Shown: one piece after another, positions 27,345-37,150 of the stretch | Numbering within the stretch: position 1 is the stretch's first letter | Layout of the letters: each line of letters begins with the position of its first letter | NCBI GenBank assembly: GCA_902598525.1 | Contig: CACKBZ010000005.1 | Span: 25,502 to 89,501 of the forward strand | Reading direction: 5' to 3' | From: an uncultured Bacteroidota bacterium | GTDB taxonomy: Bacteria; Bacteroidota; Bacteroidia; Flavobacteriales; Flavobacteriaceae | DNA: 64,000 nt | Notes under the pieces: generated by a model | Seen by the model: the letters and a program-made list of their open reading frames with translations, nothing else | What the model was told of the DNA's origin: nothing | Database searches by the model: none | Position numbers and translations under genes: made by a program

Positions 27345-29624
27345 ATGGCAAAGAGAAGAGATAGAAGAGAATCGCTGGTTTATCACGCAAAGCCAAAGCC
27401 AGGAAAAATTGAGGTTGTCCCAACAAAAAAATACAATTCCCAAAGAGACCTAGCTATTGCATATTCTCCAGGAGTAGCTATTCCATGTCAAGAGATCGAA
27501 CAAGATCCTTCAAATGTTTATAAGTATACAAATAAATCAAATCTGGTTGCTGTTATTTCAAATGGAACAGCAGTACTAGGGCTTGGTGATATTGGTCCTG
27601 ATGCATCTAAGCCTGTTATGGAAGGGAAAGCATTATTATTTAAAATATTTGCAGACATTGATGTTTTTGACATTGAGATTAATGAAAAAGATCCAGATAA
27701 GTTTATAAGTGTTGTGAAATCAATTTCTACAACTTTTGGAGGTATTAATCTTGAGGATATTAAAGCACCAGAAGCATTTAAAATTGAAAAACAATTAATA
27801 GATGAGCTTGATATTCCTGTTATGCATGACGACCAACACGGTACAGCTATTATTTCTGCTGCTGCGTTATTAAATGCACTTGAATTAGTTGGTAAAAAAA
27901 TTGAGGATATAAAAATTGTTGTATCTGGAGCTGGTGCAGCTGCAATTGCTTGTACTAAGCTATACATTTCATTTGGGGCTAAAATTGAGAATATTATTAT
28001 GACTGATAGCAAAGGTGTAATAAGTCAATCAAGAACTGACCTTTCTAATGAGAAAAAATTTTTTATAACTAAAAGAAAAATTAATTCTCTTGAGGAGGCA
28101 ATGGTAAATTCAGATGTTTTTATTGGATTGTCTATGGCTAATATCTTAACAGAAAAAATGCTTGAATCAATGTCTAACGATCCAATTGTTTTTGCAATGG
28201 CAAATCCTGATCCAGAGATTAATTATGATATTGCAATGTCAGTACGAGATGATATAATATTTGCTACTGGAAGATCTGATCTTCCAAACCAAGTAAATAA
28301 TGTCCTTGGATTCCCTTTTATTTTCAGAGGAGCTCTTGATGTAAGAGCAACAAAGATTAACGAAGAGATGAAGAAAGCTGCAGTGGTTGCTCTAGCTGAA
28401 CTTGCAAAAAAACCTGTACCAGAACAAGTAAATATTGCTTATGATGAAACTAAACTACTTTTTGGTAAAGATTATATAATTCCTAAACCTTTTGATCCAA
28501 GACTTATAAGTGAAATTCCTCCAGCTGTTGCTAGGGCAGCTATGGAATCAGGAGTAGCTCAGGAACCAATTACAGATTGGGATAAATACACACAAATTCT
28601 CGAGGAAAGGCTTGGTAATAATCAAAAACTAATTAGAATTATCCATAGACGTGCTAGAAAAGCCAAAAATAAAAAACTTGTATTTGCTGAAGCTGACCAT
28701 ATGGATGTTTTGAAAGCTGCACAAATTTGCTTCGAGGAAGGAATTGCAGAACCTGTTTTGTTAGGTGGAAAAAAAATTATTGAAGAGCTAATGGAATCTC
28801 TCGAATTTAACGAGGATATTGAAATAATTGATCCAAAAGATAAAGTAAATAAAGATAGAGCTGAAGTATATTCTCAAATTTTATTTAAGAAACTCAAGAG
28901 AAAAGGAAAAACATTAGAGGATGTAAAGAGACTTATCAGGGGTAGAGATTATTTTGGCGCAATGATGGTAGAAAACGGTGATGCGGATTGTATGCTTTCG
29001 GGGTATTCAAAAAGTTATCCTTCCGTTTTTTTACCTTTAATAAGATCAATTGGAAAAGCAGAAAATGTTGAGAAGGTAGCAGCAACTAACTTAATGATTA
29101 CAAAGACAGGGCCTTTATTCTGTTCCGACACATCTTTAAATATAAATCCAACTTATAAAGAAATTGCTAGAATAACTGTTGATACTGCTAAAGTTGTGAA
29201 AAGACTAGGAATAGATCCAGTAATAGCAATTTTGTCTTATTCGAATTTTGGATCTTCAGATTTTGATGAAGCAAAAAAAGTTTCCAAAGCGGTCAGAATA
29301 CTTCATACTCAACACCCAGAATTATTGGTTGATGGACCCATTCAATCAGATTTTGCCTTAAATCGAGAGATGTTAAAAAATAGATTTCCCTTTTCAATAC
29401 TAAACGGGAGAAAGGTTAATACTTTAATATTTCCTAATCTTGATTCTGCTAACATTACTTATAAAATAATTAAAGAACTAGATAGGGCTGTCTCGGTAGG
29501 ACCAATTCTTATTGGTTTGAAACAGCCAATTCATATATTACAACTTGGTGCATCTGTTGATGAAATAGTAAATATGGCAGCAATATCAGTCATTGATTCA
29601 AACGAAAGAAAAATAAAAAAATAA
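27345..29624 (+). CDS. maeB: NADP-dependent malic enzyme with C-terminal phosphotransacetylase-like domain
   Basis: 759 aa. LAIAYSPGVA, FGGINLEDIKAPE, HDDQHGTAI, GAGAAAIA, plus a PTA-like C-terminal half. Confidence 0.93.
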   Translation: MAKRRDRRESLVYHAKPKPGKIEVVPTKKYNSQRDLAIAYSPGVAIPCQEIEQDPSNVYKYTNKSNLVAVISNGTAVLGLGDIGPDASKPVMEGKALLFKIFADIDVFDIEINEKDPDKFISVVKSISTTFGGINLEDIKAPEAFKIEKQLIDELDIPVMHDDQHGTAIISAAALLNALELVGKKIEDIKIVVSGAGAAAIACTKLYISFGAKIENIIMTDSKGVISQSRTDLSNEKKFFITKRKINSLEEAMVNSDVFIGLSMANILTEKMLESMSNDPIVFAMANPDPEINYDIAMSVRDDIIFATGRSDLPNQVNNVLGFPFIFRGALDVRATKINEEMKKAAVVALAELAKKPVPEQVNIAYDETKLLFGKDYIIPKPFDPRLISEIPPAVARAAMESGVAQEPITDWDKYTQILEERLGNNQKLIRIIHRRARKAKNKKLVFAEADHMDVLKAAQICFEEGIAEPVLLGGKKIIEELMESLEFNEDIEIIDPKDKVNKDRAEVYSQILFKKLKRKGKTLEDVKRLIRGRDYFGAMMVENGDADCMLSGYSKSYPSVFLPLIRSIGKAENVEKVAATNLMITKTGPLFCSDTSLNINPTYKEIARITVDTAKVVKRLGIDPVIAILSYSNFGSSDFDEAKKVSKAVRILHTQHPELLVDGPIQSDFALNREMLKNRFPFSILNGRKVNTLIFPNLDSANITYKIIKELDRAVSVGPILIGLKQPIHILQLGASVDEIVNMAAISVIDSNERKIKK

Positions 29625-30205
29625 TGATTACCTATATCAAAGGAAGATTAATTGAAAAAACACCCACAAAAATTGTAGTTGAATCTTCAGGCATAGGTTA
29701 TGAGATAAATATTTCATTAAATACTTTTGAAAGAATCCTTGATGAGGAAAACATAAAAATATACACTTATCTTCAAAGAAAAGAAGACTCAGATATTCTC
29801 TTTGGGTTTAGTGAAAAATCTGAGAGAGCAATATTTCAACAACTGATTTCAGTATCCGGAATTGGTCCAAGTACTGCAAGAACAATTCTATCTTCAATAT
29901 CACCAAAAGAAATACAGGATGCAGTTTGGTCAGAAGATATAGATAGAATAAAATCAATTAAAGGAATTGGATTAAAAACTGCCCAAAGGTTAGTAATAGA
30001 ATTGAAAGATAAAGTTGAATTATTTGATAAAAAAGATCTAGATTTATCAAGCGAAATGTATGACATAAAAAAAGAAGCTTTACTTGCTCTTTCAGTTTTG
30101 GGGTTCAATAAACAAAAATCAGAAAAAATAGTAAGTAAAATATATTTTGAAAATAAAGAGATAGAACTTCAAGAACTAATTAAACAATCATTAAATAAAT
30201 TATAA
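29624..30205 (+). CDS. ruvA: Holliday junction DNA-binding protein RuvA
   Basis: MITYIKGRLIEKTPTKIVVESSGIGYEINISLNT..., HhH motifs SVSGIGPSTARTILS and IKGIGLKTAQRLVIELK. Confidence 0.93.
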   Translation: MITYIKGRLIEKTPTKIVVESSGIGYEINISLNTFERILDEENIKIYTYLQRKEDSDILFGFSEKSERAIFQQLISVSGIGPSTARTILSSISPKEIQDAVWSEDIDRIKSIKGIGLKTAQRLVIELKDKVELFDKKDLDLSSEMYDIKKEALLALSVLGFNKQKSEKIVSKIYFENKEIELQELIKQSLNKL

Positions 30206-30207
30206 TT

Positions 30208-30588
30208 ATGAATATTCCGGAGGAACTTAAATATACTGAGGAGCATGAATGGATTAGATTAGAAGGAAATATTGCTACTATAGGAATTACTGATTTTGCT
30301 CAAAGCGAACTGGGTGATATTGTATACATCGAAGTTGATACATTGGATTCTGAAATTAACTCAAATGATGTATTTGGAACAGTTGAAGCAGTCAAAACAG
30401 TTTCAGATTTATTTATGCCAGTAACTGGAAAGGTAATAGAGGTTAACTCCTCACTTGAAGATGCTCCTGAAGTTGTAAATGATGACCCATATGGCCAGGG
30501 TTGGATAATAAAAATTGAGGTTACAGACCCTGCTGATGTTGAAAATCTTATGAGCTCCGATAATTATCGAAATTTAATTGACAATTAA
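30208..30588 (+). CDS. gcvH: Glycine cleavage system protein H
   Basis: YTEEHEWIRLEG..ATIGITDFAQSELGDIVY and the lipoyl-lysine region VEAVKTVSDLFMPVTG. Confidence 0.95.
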   Translation: MNIPEELKYTEEHEWIRLEGNIATIGITDFAQSELGDIVYIEVDTLDSEINSNDVFGTVEAVKTVSDLFMPVTGKVIEVNSSLEDAPEVVNDDPYGQGWIIKIEVTDPADVENLMSSDNYRNLIDN

Positions 30589-30658
30589 AAAATAAAGAAT
30601 TAGCCAACTATATGAAATAATTATATTTTTTTATAGATTAGCACTTTAAAATTGATTA

Positions 30659-31363
30659 ATGCAACCGAAAAAAAATCCAAAAGCTGACTTAAACCAAAAC
30701 AGGAACCTTTACTTTGTTATTGGTCTTTCCCTTGTTCTTGGTATAACATGGGGGGCTATAGAGTATAAATCCTATGAGAAAGCATTTGATCTTTCCAATA
30801 TTGATATGCTTGAGGATGATGATGAAGATATCCCAATTACTGAACAGTTAAAAACTCCTCCACCACCGCCACCACCGCCACCTGCACCTGAAGTCATTGA
30901 AGTTGTAGAGGACGAAGAGGAAGTTGAAGAAACAGTTATTGAATCTACCGAAACCGATCAGGATGAAATTATCATTGAAGAGATTGAGGTTGAAGAAGAG
31001 TTTGAAGACATAGACGTTCCTTTTGCTGTAATTGAGGATGTTCCAATTTTTCCAGGATGTGAGTCAGTTTCTAAGTCTCAAAGAAGAAGTTGTTTTCAGG
31101 ATAAGATGAATAACCACATAAGAAGAAATTTTAGATATCCTGAAATTGCACAGGAAATGGGTATTCAAGGTAGAGTTTATGTAAATTTTGTGATAGATAA
31201 AGATGGGTCTATAACTAACATAAGAATGAGAGGTCCAGATAAAAATCTTGAAAATGAAGCACAGAGGATAATTAGCAGACTACCAAGAATGACACCTGGT
31301 AAACAAAGAGGTAGAGCTGTTAGAGTTCCTTTTAGTATACCTATTACATTCAGACTTCAATAA
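30659..31363 (+). CDS. Energy transducer TonB-family protein
   Basis: N-terminal TM anchor, a poly-Pro (PPPPPPPPPAPE) and acidic linker, and a TonB C-terminal domain (GIQGRVYVNFVIDKDGSITNIRMRG...VPFSIPITFRLQ). Confidence 0.88.
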   Translation: MQPKKNPKADLNQNRNLYFVIGLSLVLGITWGAIEYKSYEKAFDLSNIDMLEDDDEDIPITEQLKTPPPPPPPPPAPEVIEVVEDEEEVEETVIESTETDQDEIIIEEIEVEEEFEDIDVPFAVIEDVPIFPGCESVSKSQRRSCFQDKMNNHIRRNFRYPEIAQEMGIQGRVYVNFVIDKDGSITNIRMRGPDKNLENEAQRIISRLPRMTPGKQRGRAVRVPFSIPITFRLQ

Positions 31364-31387
31364 AGTATACATCCCAAACATAAATTA

Positions 31388-32281
31388 ATGTCTGATACTT
31401 TAAATATAAAGCAAGTGTCTTTATTTTCTCAAATTCTTATTTTAATTAAATACAGATTATCTTTAAGTGTAGTTCTCTCATCGGTATGCTCATATTTGAT
31501 AGCATTTGATATATTTTCATTAATTACTTTCTCACTTCTTGTAATAGGTGGTTTTTTTGTAGTTGGAGCTTCAAATGGGTTTAATCAAGTTATTGAAAGA
31601 AGAAGAGATGCATTAATGATAAGAACATCTTCTAGACCCATACCAAGTGGAGAAATGACAGTTAACAAAGCTCTTATAATATGTGTTACACTCGGTATCT
31701 TAGGATTAAGTATGTTGTATTTGATCAACTTTAGAACTGCTTTATTTGGATTAGTGTCAATGATTATTTATCTAGGTCTTTACACTCCGTTAAAAACTCT
31801 CACTCCTTTATCAGTATTTTTTGGAGCAATTCCAGGTGCAATACCATTTATGTTAGGTTGGGTTGCCGTGACTAATAGATTTTCAATTGAAACAGGAATA
31901 TTATTTATGATACAATTCTTTTGGCAATTTCCTCACTTTTGGGCTATTGGATGGATGTCTCACGATGACTATAAGAATGCTGGTTTTAAAATGTTACCAA
32001 GCGGTAAAAGAGATAATGCAACAGCATTTCAAATTGTATTTTATTCTATATGGATGATTATTGTGTCATCACTGCCTTATTTTAATTTTACGGGAAAATT
32101 ATCAATAGGTACATACTCGTTGATATTAATTTTAATTTCAGGATTGTTAATGTTATATCAAGCATTAAAATTAATGAGGTATAAGGATAAACAAAATGCT
32201 ATAAGACTTATGTATGTAAGTATTTTTTATTTAAGTTTTATTCAAATTATATTTGTAATTGATAAATTTTTATTACAATGA
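31388..32281 (+). CDS. cyoE: Protohaem IX farnesyltransferase (haem O synthase)
   Basis: UbiA-type polytopic protein with NQVIERRRDALMIRTSSRPIPSGEM and FFWQFPHFWAIGW motifs. Confidence 0.92.
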   Translation: MSDTLNIKQVSLFSQILILIKYRLSLSVVLSSVCSYLIAFDIFSLITFSLLVIGGFFVVGASNGFNQVIERRRDALMIRTSSRPIPSGEMTVNKALIICVTLGILGLSMLYLINFRTALFGLVSMIIYLGLYTPLKTLTPLSVFFGAIPGAIPFMLGWVAVTNRFSIETGILFMIQFFWQFPHFWAIGWMSHDDYKNAGFKMLPSGKRDNATAFQIVFYSIWMIIVSSLPYFNFTGKLSIGTYSLILILISGLLMLYQALKLMRYKDKQNAIRLMYVSIFYLSFIQIIFVIDKFLLQ

Positions 32282-32892
32282 GTGAAGTTAGTTCAATAGA
32301 ATCTAAGGTTGCAAAAGCTAGAAAGATGATGTTGTGGTTTGGGATGATAAGTATCACTATGACCTTTGCTGGATTAACTAGTGCATTCATTATAAGTAGC
32401 TCAAGGCCTGACTGGTTAGATTCCTTTGTTTTACCAACTTGGTTTACAATAAGTACGATTTCAATTGCACTTAGTAGTGTTTTTTTTCAGTTAGCAAAGA
32501 TTAAACTTGACCAGTATGTTCGAGTCTCTCTTCCAGAAAATATTAACATTTACCTTCAGAAAAATAATGTAAATATTTTTTTAGGACTTACTATCCTGAT
32601 GGCGCTAATATTTGTTATATCTCAATTTTTAGGTTTTGGTGAGATTATATCTCAAGGTTATTATTTCACTGGTCCTGAAAGCTCTGTCACTACATCGTAT
32701 ATATATATCTTAGCTTTTTTACATTTAGCCCATCTATTTGCTGGTATTATTGTTTTAATTGTTGTTACAACTAAATTTAATAATCGAAAATATGAGAATA
32801 ATAAACTAGGTTTTGATATGGCATTAATTTTCTGGCATTTTCTTGGTGCTCTATGGATATATTTATTCTTTTTTATTAAATACTTCAGCTAA
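32278..32892 (+). CDS. Haem-copper oxidase subunit III family protein (short form)
   Basis: 204 aa, 5 TM. The C-terminal ...FWHFLGALWIYLFFFIKY resembles the subunit III signature. ATGA overlap with cyoE. Confidence 0.8.
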   Translation: MSEVSSIESKVAKARKMMLWFGMISITMTFAGLTSAFIISSSRPDWLDSFVLPTWFTISTISIALSSVFFQLAKIKLDQYVRVSLPENINIYLQKNNVNIFLGLTILMALIFVISQFLGFGEIISQGYYFTGPESSVTTSYIYILAFLHLAHLFAGIIVLIVVTTKFNNRKYENNKLGFDMALIFWHFLGALWIYLFFFIKYFS

Positions 32893-32925
32893 AAATTAAT
32901 AAATTTATACTCTAAATTGCCCTAG

Positions 32926-33906
32926 ATGCAAGCATCTTCATTATCAAAGACAAAAAATACTTCATGGGGTGGAGGTGGTATGCAACCACTTGATGCGGCC
33001 TATGGAAAATTAATGATGTGGTTTTTTATTGTATCAGATGCTCTTACATTTTCTGGATTCTTAGTTGCCTATGGTTTTTCAAGGTTTAAGAATATTGACT
33101 CATGGCCAATTGCTGACGAGGTTTTTCATCATTTTCCATTTCTGCATGGAGTAGATGCTCCAATGTATTATGTTGCTTTGATGACTTTTATTCTAATTTT
33201 TTCATCAGTAACCATGGTTTTAGCAGTTGATGCAGGTCATAATAATGATAAAAACAAAGTTGCGTTCTACATGTTATTGACTATAATAGGAGGTGCAGTG
33301 TTTGTTGGTTCACAAGCATGGGAATGGAAAAACTTTATAAAAGGAGAGTATGGAGCTGTTGAAATACAAAATGGAGAGATACTTCAGTTCTATGATATTA
33401 AAAAAGATAAAAGAATTCCAATAGATGACTTTGCTCTTCTTCAATCTCAGGAAAGAATTACCCATGATGATAATGTTGGTATTTGGTATCAAAGTGAAGC
33501 TAACCTACCTGAAATTACTTTATCTGAAGTAATGGAGGGTTTTAAAACAAACTCTGCAATAACAGTCAGGATTGAAAAGTTAGATGAGAAAGGCCAAAAA
33601 ATAATTTTGTCAAGAGAGGATGCTGAAGATAAGCTATCCTCGGCAACTAGAGTGGTCAAAGGTGCTAACTTAATTAGAAATGAATATGGTAATCCACTTT
33701 TTGCGGACTTCTTTTTCTTTATTACTGGTTTTCACGGTTTCCATGTTTTCTCAGGAGTTGTAATAAATATTATAATTTTTATAAACGTCCTTTTAGGAAC
33801 CTACGAGAGGCGAGGCCACTATGATATGGTTGAAAAAGTTGGTCTATATTGGCACTTTGTTGATTTAGTCTGGGTATTTGTATTTACATTCTTTTATTTA
33901 GTTTAA
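32926..33906 (+). CDS. Cytochrome c oxidase subunit III
   Basis: GKLMMWFFIVSDALTFSGFL..., ...ITGFHGFHVFSGVV...YWHFVDLVWVFVFTFFYLV. It has a hydrophilic insertion of roughly 100 aa between TM segments. Confidence 0.88.
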   Translation: MQASSLSKTKNTSWGGGGMQPLDAAYGKLMMWFFIVSDALTFSGFLVAYGFSRFKNIDSWPIADEVFHHFPFLHGVDAPMYYVALMTFILIFSSVTMVLAVDAGHNNDKNKVAFYMLLTIIGGAVFVGSQAWEWKNFIKGEYGAVEIQNGEILQFYDIKKDKRIPIDDFALLQSQERITHDDNVGIWYQSEANLPEITLSEVMEGFKTNSAITVRIEKLDEKGQKIILSREDAEDKLSSATRVVKGANLIRNEYGNPLFADFFFFITGFHGFHVFSGVVINIIIFINVLLGTYERRGHYDMVEKVGLYWHFVDLVWVFVFTFFYLV

Positions 33907-33907
33907 C

Positions 33908-34300
33908 ATGGCAAAACACGAACATAAATTAGAAATTTTTAGAGGCTACTTAAAGTTTAAGTCAAATGTCCAGAAAATTTGGGGTGTTTTGATTTTTCTC
34001 TCAATTGTAACTGCAATTGAAGTTGCCTTGGGGATCTTAAAACCGCCAGTTTTAATGAACTACTTTCTTGGTCTTAAATTAATAAACTGGATATTTATTA
34101 TACTGACAATAGTTAAGGCTTACTATATAACATGGGATTTTATGCATGTCAGAGATGAGAAACCATTCCTAAAGAATACAATTATTCTTCCTCTGCTAAT
34201 TCTAATTCCATTTTTATTATTTATTCTACTATGGGAAGGTTCTTATATCTTCGATGTAATGTTAGATGGATTAAAAGAATGGGATTTTGATATTTATTGA
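33908..34300 (+). CDS. Prokaryotic cytochrome c oxidase subunit IV family protein
   Basis: 130 aa, 3 TM, with the position and size typical of the small subunit. Confidence 0.7.
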   Translation: MAKHEHKLEIFRGYLKFKSNVQKIWGVLIFLSIVTAIEVALGILKPPVLMNYFLGLKLINWIFIILTIVKAYYITWDFMHVRDEKPFLKNTIILPLLILIPFLLFILLWEGSYIFDVMLDGLKEWDFDIY

Positions 34301-34959
34301 TGACTAAGAATCTTAAAAAGTATTTAATACTTGGCTTTCTCTTTTTTTTCCCAATTTTTGTATATGTTTTTTTATCCACTGGGATAAATAACTTTGCCAA
34401 ACTTCCAGTCCTCACAGAGGCCGTAATGGATATTGAAAATATTGAAGGTAACAGTGCTAACGTTTCTTTTAAAAATAAAATTTCTGTAGTAGCTTTTTGG
34501 GGGGGTGATGTAAATAACAAAAAATCCGAAGCTTTAAATTTAAATCAAAAAATTTATAAAAGGTTTTATGAATTTCAAGATTTCCAATTTGTTTTACTAC
34601 ATGATAAAAATGATAATGAAGCAATTGAGGATTTAAAGAGTGATTTAGTTAGTGGAGTTGGAACTGATCTAAAAAACTGGAATTTTATACCAACAACTCA
34701 ATCGAATATTAAAATGATTTTTGATAGTTTCAAAACAAATATCGAATTGGATAATAGTTTTAGTACTCCCTATGTTTTTATTGTAGACAGAAACCTAAGC
34801 TTAAGAGGAAGAGATGATGATGAAGATATTGGAATGTTATTTGGTTTTAACTCTCAATCAGTTGCTGAAATAAACAATAAAATGGTTGATGATGTAAAGA
34901 TTATTCTGGCAGAGTATAGATTAGCTCTTAAAAAAAATGATTCACTATTTAATGAATAA
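34300..34959 (+). CDS. Membrane-anchored thioredoxin/SCO-like fold protein lacking Cys motif
   Basis: N-terminal TM helix. ISVVAFWGGDVNNKKSEALNLNQ sits where TlpA/SCO proteins carry W-C-x-x-(x)-C. The protein has no Cys. The ATG at 34300 overlaps the preceding TGA. Confidence 0.55.
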   Translation: MTKNLKKYLILGFLFFFPIFVYVFLSTGINNFAKLPVLTEAVMDIENIEGNSANVSFKNKISVVAFWGGDVNNKKSEALNLNQKIYKRFYEFQDFQFVLLHDKNDNEAIEDLKSDLVSGVGTDLKNWNFIPTTQSNIKMIFDSFKTNIELDNSFSTPYVFIVDRNLSLRGRDDDEDIGMLFGFNSQSVAEINNKMVDDVKIILAEYRLALKKNDSLFNE

Positions 34960-35650
34960 TAGTTTAAAGTATATTGGGCTAACATTAATCATAGTTCTTT
35001 TTGGCATATTCTCAATTCCAAAAATATACGAAAGGGTTATCAATTCTGATATTACAGACTCAAATAGACTTCACAGTAATGATAGGCTTTCGTATTTGAC
35101 AATTTCAGATGAAAAAAGAAAAGCCCCTGATTTTATTCTTACTAATCAGGATTCTATTTTTATATCAAATGAGGATATGAAAGGAAAAGTTTATGTGCTA
35201 GAATTCTTTTTTACAAGATGTCCAGATATATGTATTGAGATGAATCAAAACATGAAGTTTCTAGATGATAAGTTTGCTGAGTCAGATGAATTTGGAATAA
35301 TTTCAGTTACAATTGACCCCAAAAATGATACTCCTTCAGTCTTAAAAAGATACTCTGAAGCTTTAGAGATCAAATCTCCAAACTGGCATTTTTTAACAGG
35401 TGAAAAAGACTATATATATGATATAGCAAATAATGGTTTTAATATTTTTGCTAATGAAAATACAAGTTTTGCAGGAGGCTTTGAGCATCAGGGTTATTTT
35501 GCACTTATTGACAAAGATGGGTATATTAGGTCCAGAAAAGATAGCTTTGGTAATCCAATTATGTATTATCTGGGGATAACCGATATAAACGCAAACCTTC
35601 AGGGAATAGAGATGCTGAGCTATGATATAAAAAAATTGATTGATGAGTAA
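34937..35650 (+). CDS. SCO family copper chaperone (SenC/PrrC-like)
   Basis: TM anchor, CPDIC (CxxxC) in FFFTRCPDICIEMNQ, and the conserved His in GFEHQGYFALIDKDG. The start could instead be the ATG at 34952. Confidence 0.88.
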   Translation: MIHYLMNNSLKYIGLTLIIVLFGIFSIPKIYERVINSDITDSNRLHSNDRLSYLTISDEKRKAPDFILTNQDSIFISNEDMKGKVYVLEFFFTRCPDICIEMNQNMKFLDDKFAESDEFGIISVTIDPKNDTPSVLKRYSEALEIKSPNWHFLTGEKDYIYDIANNGFNIFANENTSFAGGFEHQGYFALIDKDGYIRSRKDSFGNPIMYYLGITDINANLQGIEMLSYDIKKLIDE

Positions 35651-36182
35651 AATTGAAAATTCGGGTCAAACTTTGAAATACAAATCTTTAATAATTGTAG
35701 TCTCAATTGTTATCCCATTAGTGGTTTTAATATTATTTAACATAAGAATAACATCTTTGCCACCATTAACATTTTTGCCCCCTATTTATGCAACAATTAA
35801 TGGAATTACAGCTATACTTTTAATCGCTGCACTTTACAGTATCAAGAGCAAAAAAATAAAGCGACATGAATTGTTAATGAAGACTTCAATCTTCCTTTCA
35901 CTTGTTTTTCTTGTTATGTATATAATGTATCATATGACTACAGATCCTACTCCTTATGGAGGTGAGGGATTAATAAGAACTGTTTATTTCTTTATTTTAA
36001 TATCGCATATTACACTTTCTGTTTTTATTGTACCAATGGTATTAGTTACATATGTAAGAGCTATTTCTAAAATGTTTGACAAGCATAAGAAAATTGCAAG
36101 AATTACTTTTCCAATCTGGCTTTATATTGCTGTAACAGGGGTTATAGTCTATTTAATGATTTCACCTTACTATGTTTATTAA
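35643..36182 (+). CDS. DUF420 membrane protein (CtaM-like oxidase assembly factor)
   Basis: About 180 aa, 4 TM. Position after SCO as in other Bacteroidota and Bacillus oxidase clusters. Confidence 0.7.
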   Translation: MSKIENSGQTLKYKSLIIVVSIVIPLVVLILFNIRITSLPPLTFLPPIYATINGITAILLIAALYSIKSKKIKRHELLMKTSIFLSLVFLVMYIMYHMTTDPTPYGGEGLIRTVYFFILISHITLSVFIVPMVLVTYVRAISKMFDKHKKIARITFPIWLYIAVTGVIVYLMISPYYVY

Positions 36183-36397
36183 TGAATAGAGTTATACTCA
36201 TATTATTAATTTTTGTTCTGTCCTCAACAGAATCTTTTCCCCAATGTTCTATGTTAAGCGCAATAATGGAGAATGACCAACAATATGAAGCTGCTAAAGG
36301 ACTAAATAGAGGGATAGTCTATTTAATGTCAATACCATATATCCTTGTTGGGTTAATTATTTGGAAGATATACAGGACTAATAAGACATCTAACTAA
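36182..36397 (+). CDS. Small membrane protein, unknown function
   Basis: 71 aa. Signal-like N-terminus ending FPQCS, and one C-terminal TM (GIVYLMSIPYILVGLIIW). TAATG overlap with the DUF420 gene suggests co-translation. Confidence 0.5.
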   Translation: MNRVILILLIFVLSSTESFPQCSMLSAIMENDQQYEAAKGLNRGIVYLMSIPYILVGLIIWKIYRTNKTSN

Positions 36398-36478
36398 TTT
36401 TTTTAAAAATTTTTGTGTAACGTTTGCTTCTCATTAAAAAAAATGATAAGTTTGCGTTACATATAAAAAATTTGATTT

Positions 36479-36925
36479 ATGACAGAAATTACACATGTAT
36501 TAATAATTGATGCGCCTTTTGATTTCACAGGTTATTTAGCATTACTTATTCCTATTATAGCAGTATCACTTCCTGCAATCATTATTTTGATTGTATTTGT
36601 ATATGAGTCAAGAAATAAGAAAATGAAATATAATACTATTATTGAAGTATCAAAAAATATTAGTAATCCTGATGAAGTTAGAGATCTTCTTGAGAGTCTG
36701 CAGGATAAAAAAAAATCACCTATTGATTTGAGAAGAAGTGGGATTATAACCATTTTTATTGGAGCTGGTTTATTTATGCTTGGTTGGATAGCAATAGGTG
36801 AAATTTTAAAAGGAGTAGGTGTATTAGTTGGTTTAATTGGAGTAGGCCAGATGGTTGCAGGGTATGTTTATCCAAATCAATCAGAAGAAATTAACAAAGT
36901 AGTAGAGGAGTTTGAGAAAAAATAA
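36479..36925 (+). CDS. Three-TM membrane protein, unknown function
   Basis: 148 aa. One N-terminal TM, a charged loop of about 45 aa, then two Gly-rich TM helices. No family recognised with confidence. Confidence 0.55.
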   Translation: MTEITHVLIIDAPFDFTGYLALLIPIIAVSLPAIIILIVFVYESRNKKMKYNTIIEVSKNISNPDEVRDLLESLQDKKKSPIDLRRSGIITIFIGAGLFMLGWIAIGEILKGVGVLVGLIGVGQMVAGYVYPNQSEEINKVVEEFEKK

Positions 36926-36934
36926 AAATAAAGT

Positions 36935-37150
36935 TTGGGAAGAAATCATCATAAACTTAAAAATAATCTTGAAGAATTTAGAAGAGCTGCTGGCTTGACA
37001 CAACAAGATCTTTCTCAAAAAGCAGAAGTTTCAAGAAAAAGTATCAATGCTATTGAAAATGGAATTTATGTTCCATCAACTGTTCTAGCATTAAAGATTG
37101 CTAAAACTTTAAAATGTAAAGTTGAAGATTTATTTAAATTACCACTATGA
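36935..37150 (+). CDS. Small XRE-family helix-turn-helix transcriptional regulator
   Basis: 71 aa. LTQQDLSQKAEVSRKSINAIENGIYVPSTVLALKIAKTLKCKVEDLF is a classic Cro/C1 HTH. The only available start is the TTG at 36935. Confidence 0.8.
   Translation: MGRNHHKLKNNLEEFRRAAGLTQQDLSQKAEVSRKSINAIENGIYVPSTVLALKIAKTLKCKVEDLFKLPL

Noticed and set aside
27518-28012. 164-aa antisense ORF inside maeB. Similar antisense or shadow ORFs occur at 54122-54526, 40590-40889, 34221-34520, 1733-1999, 26841-27107, 29836-30108 and elsewhere.
   Set aside because: Each lies wholly within, or mostly within, a strongly supported gene on the opposite strand. The antisense frame of the maeB example only meets a stop where the sense strand has Tyr/His/Gln codons after a T/C third base, and that stretch of MaeB has very few of these. 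The translations are low-complexity (Ile/Ser/Phe-rich) with no recognisable motifs.
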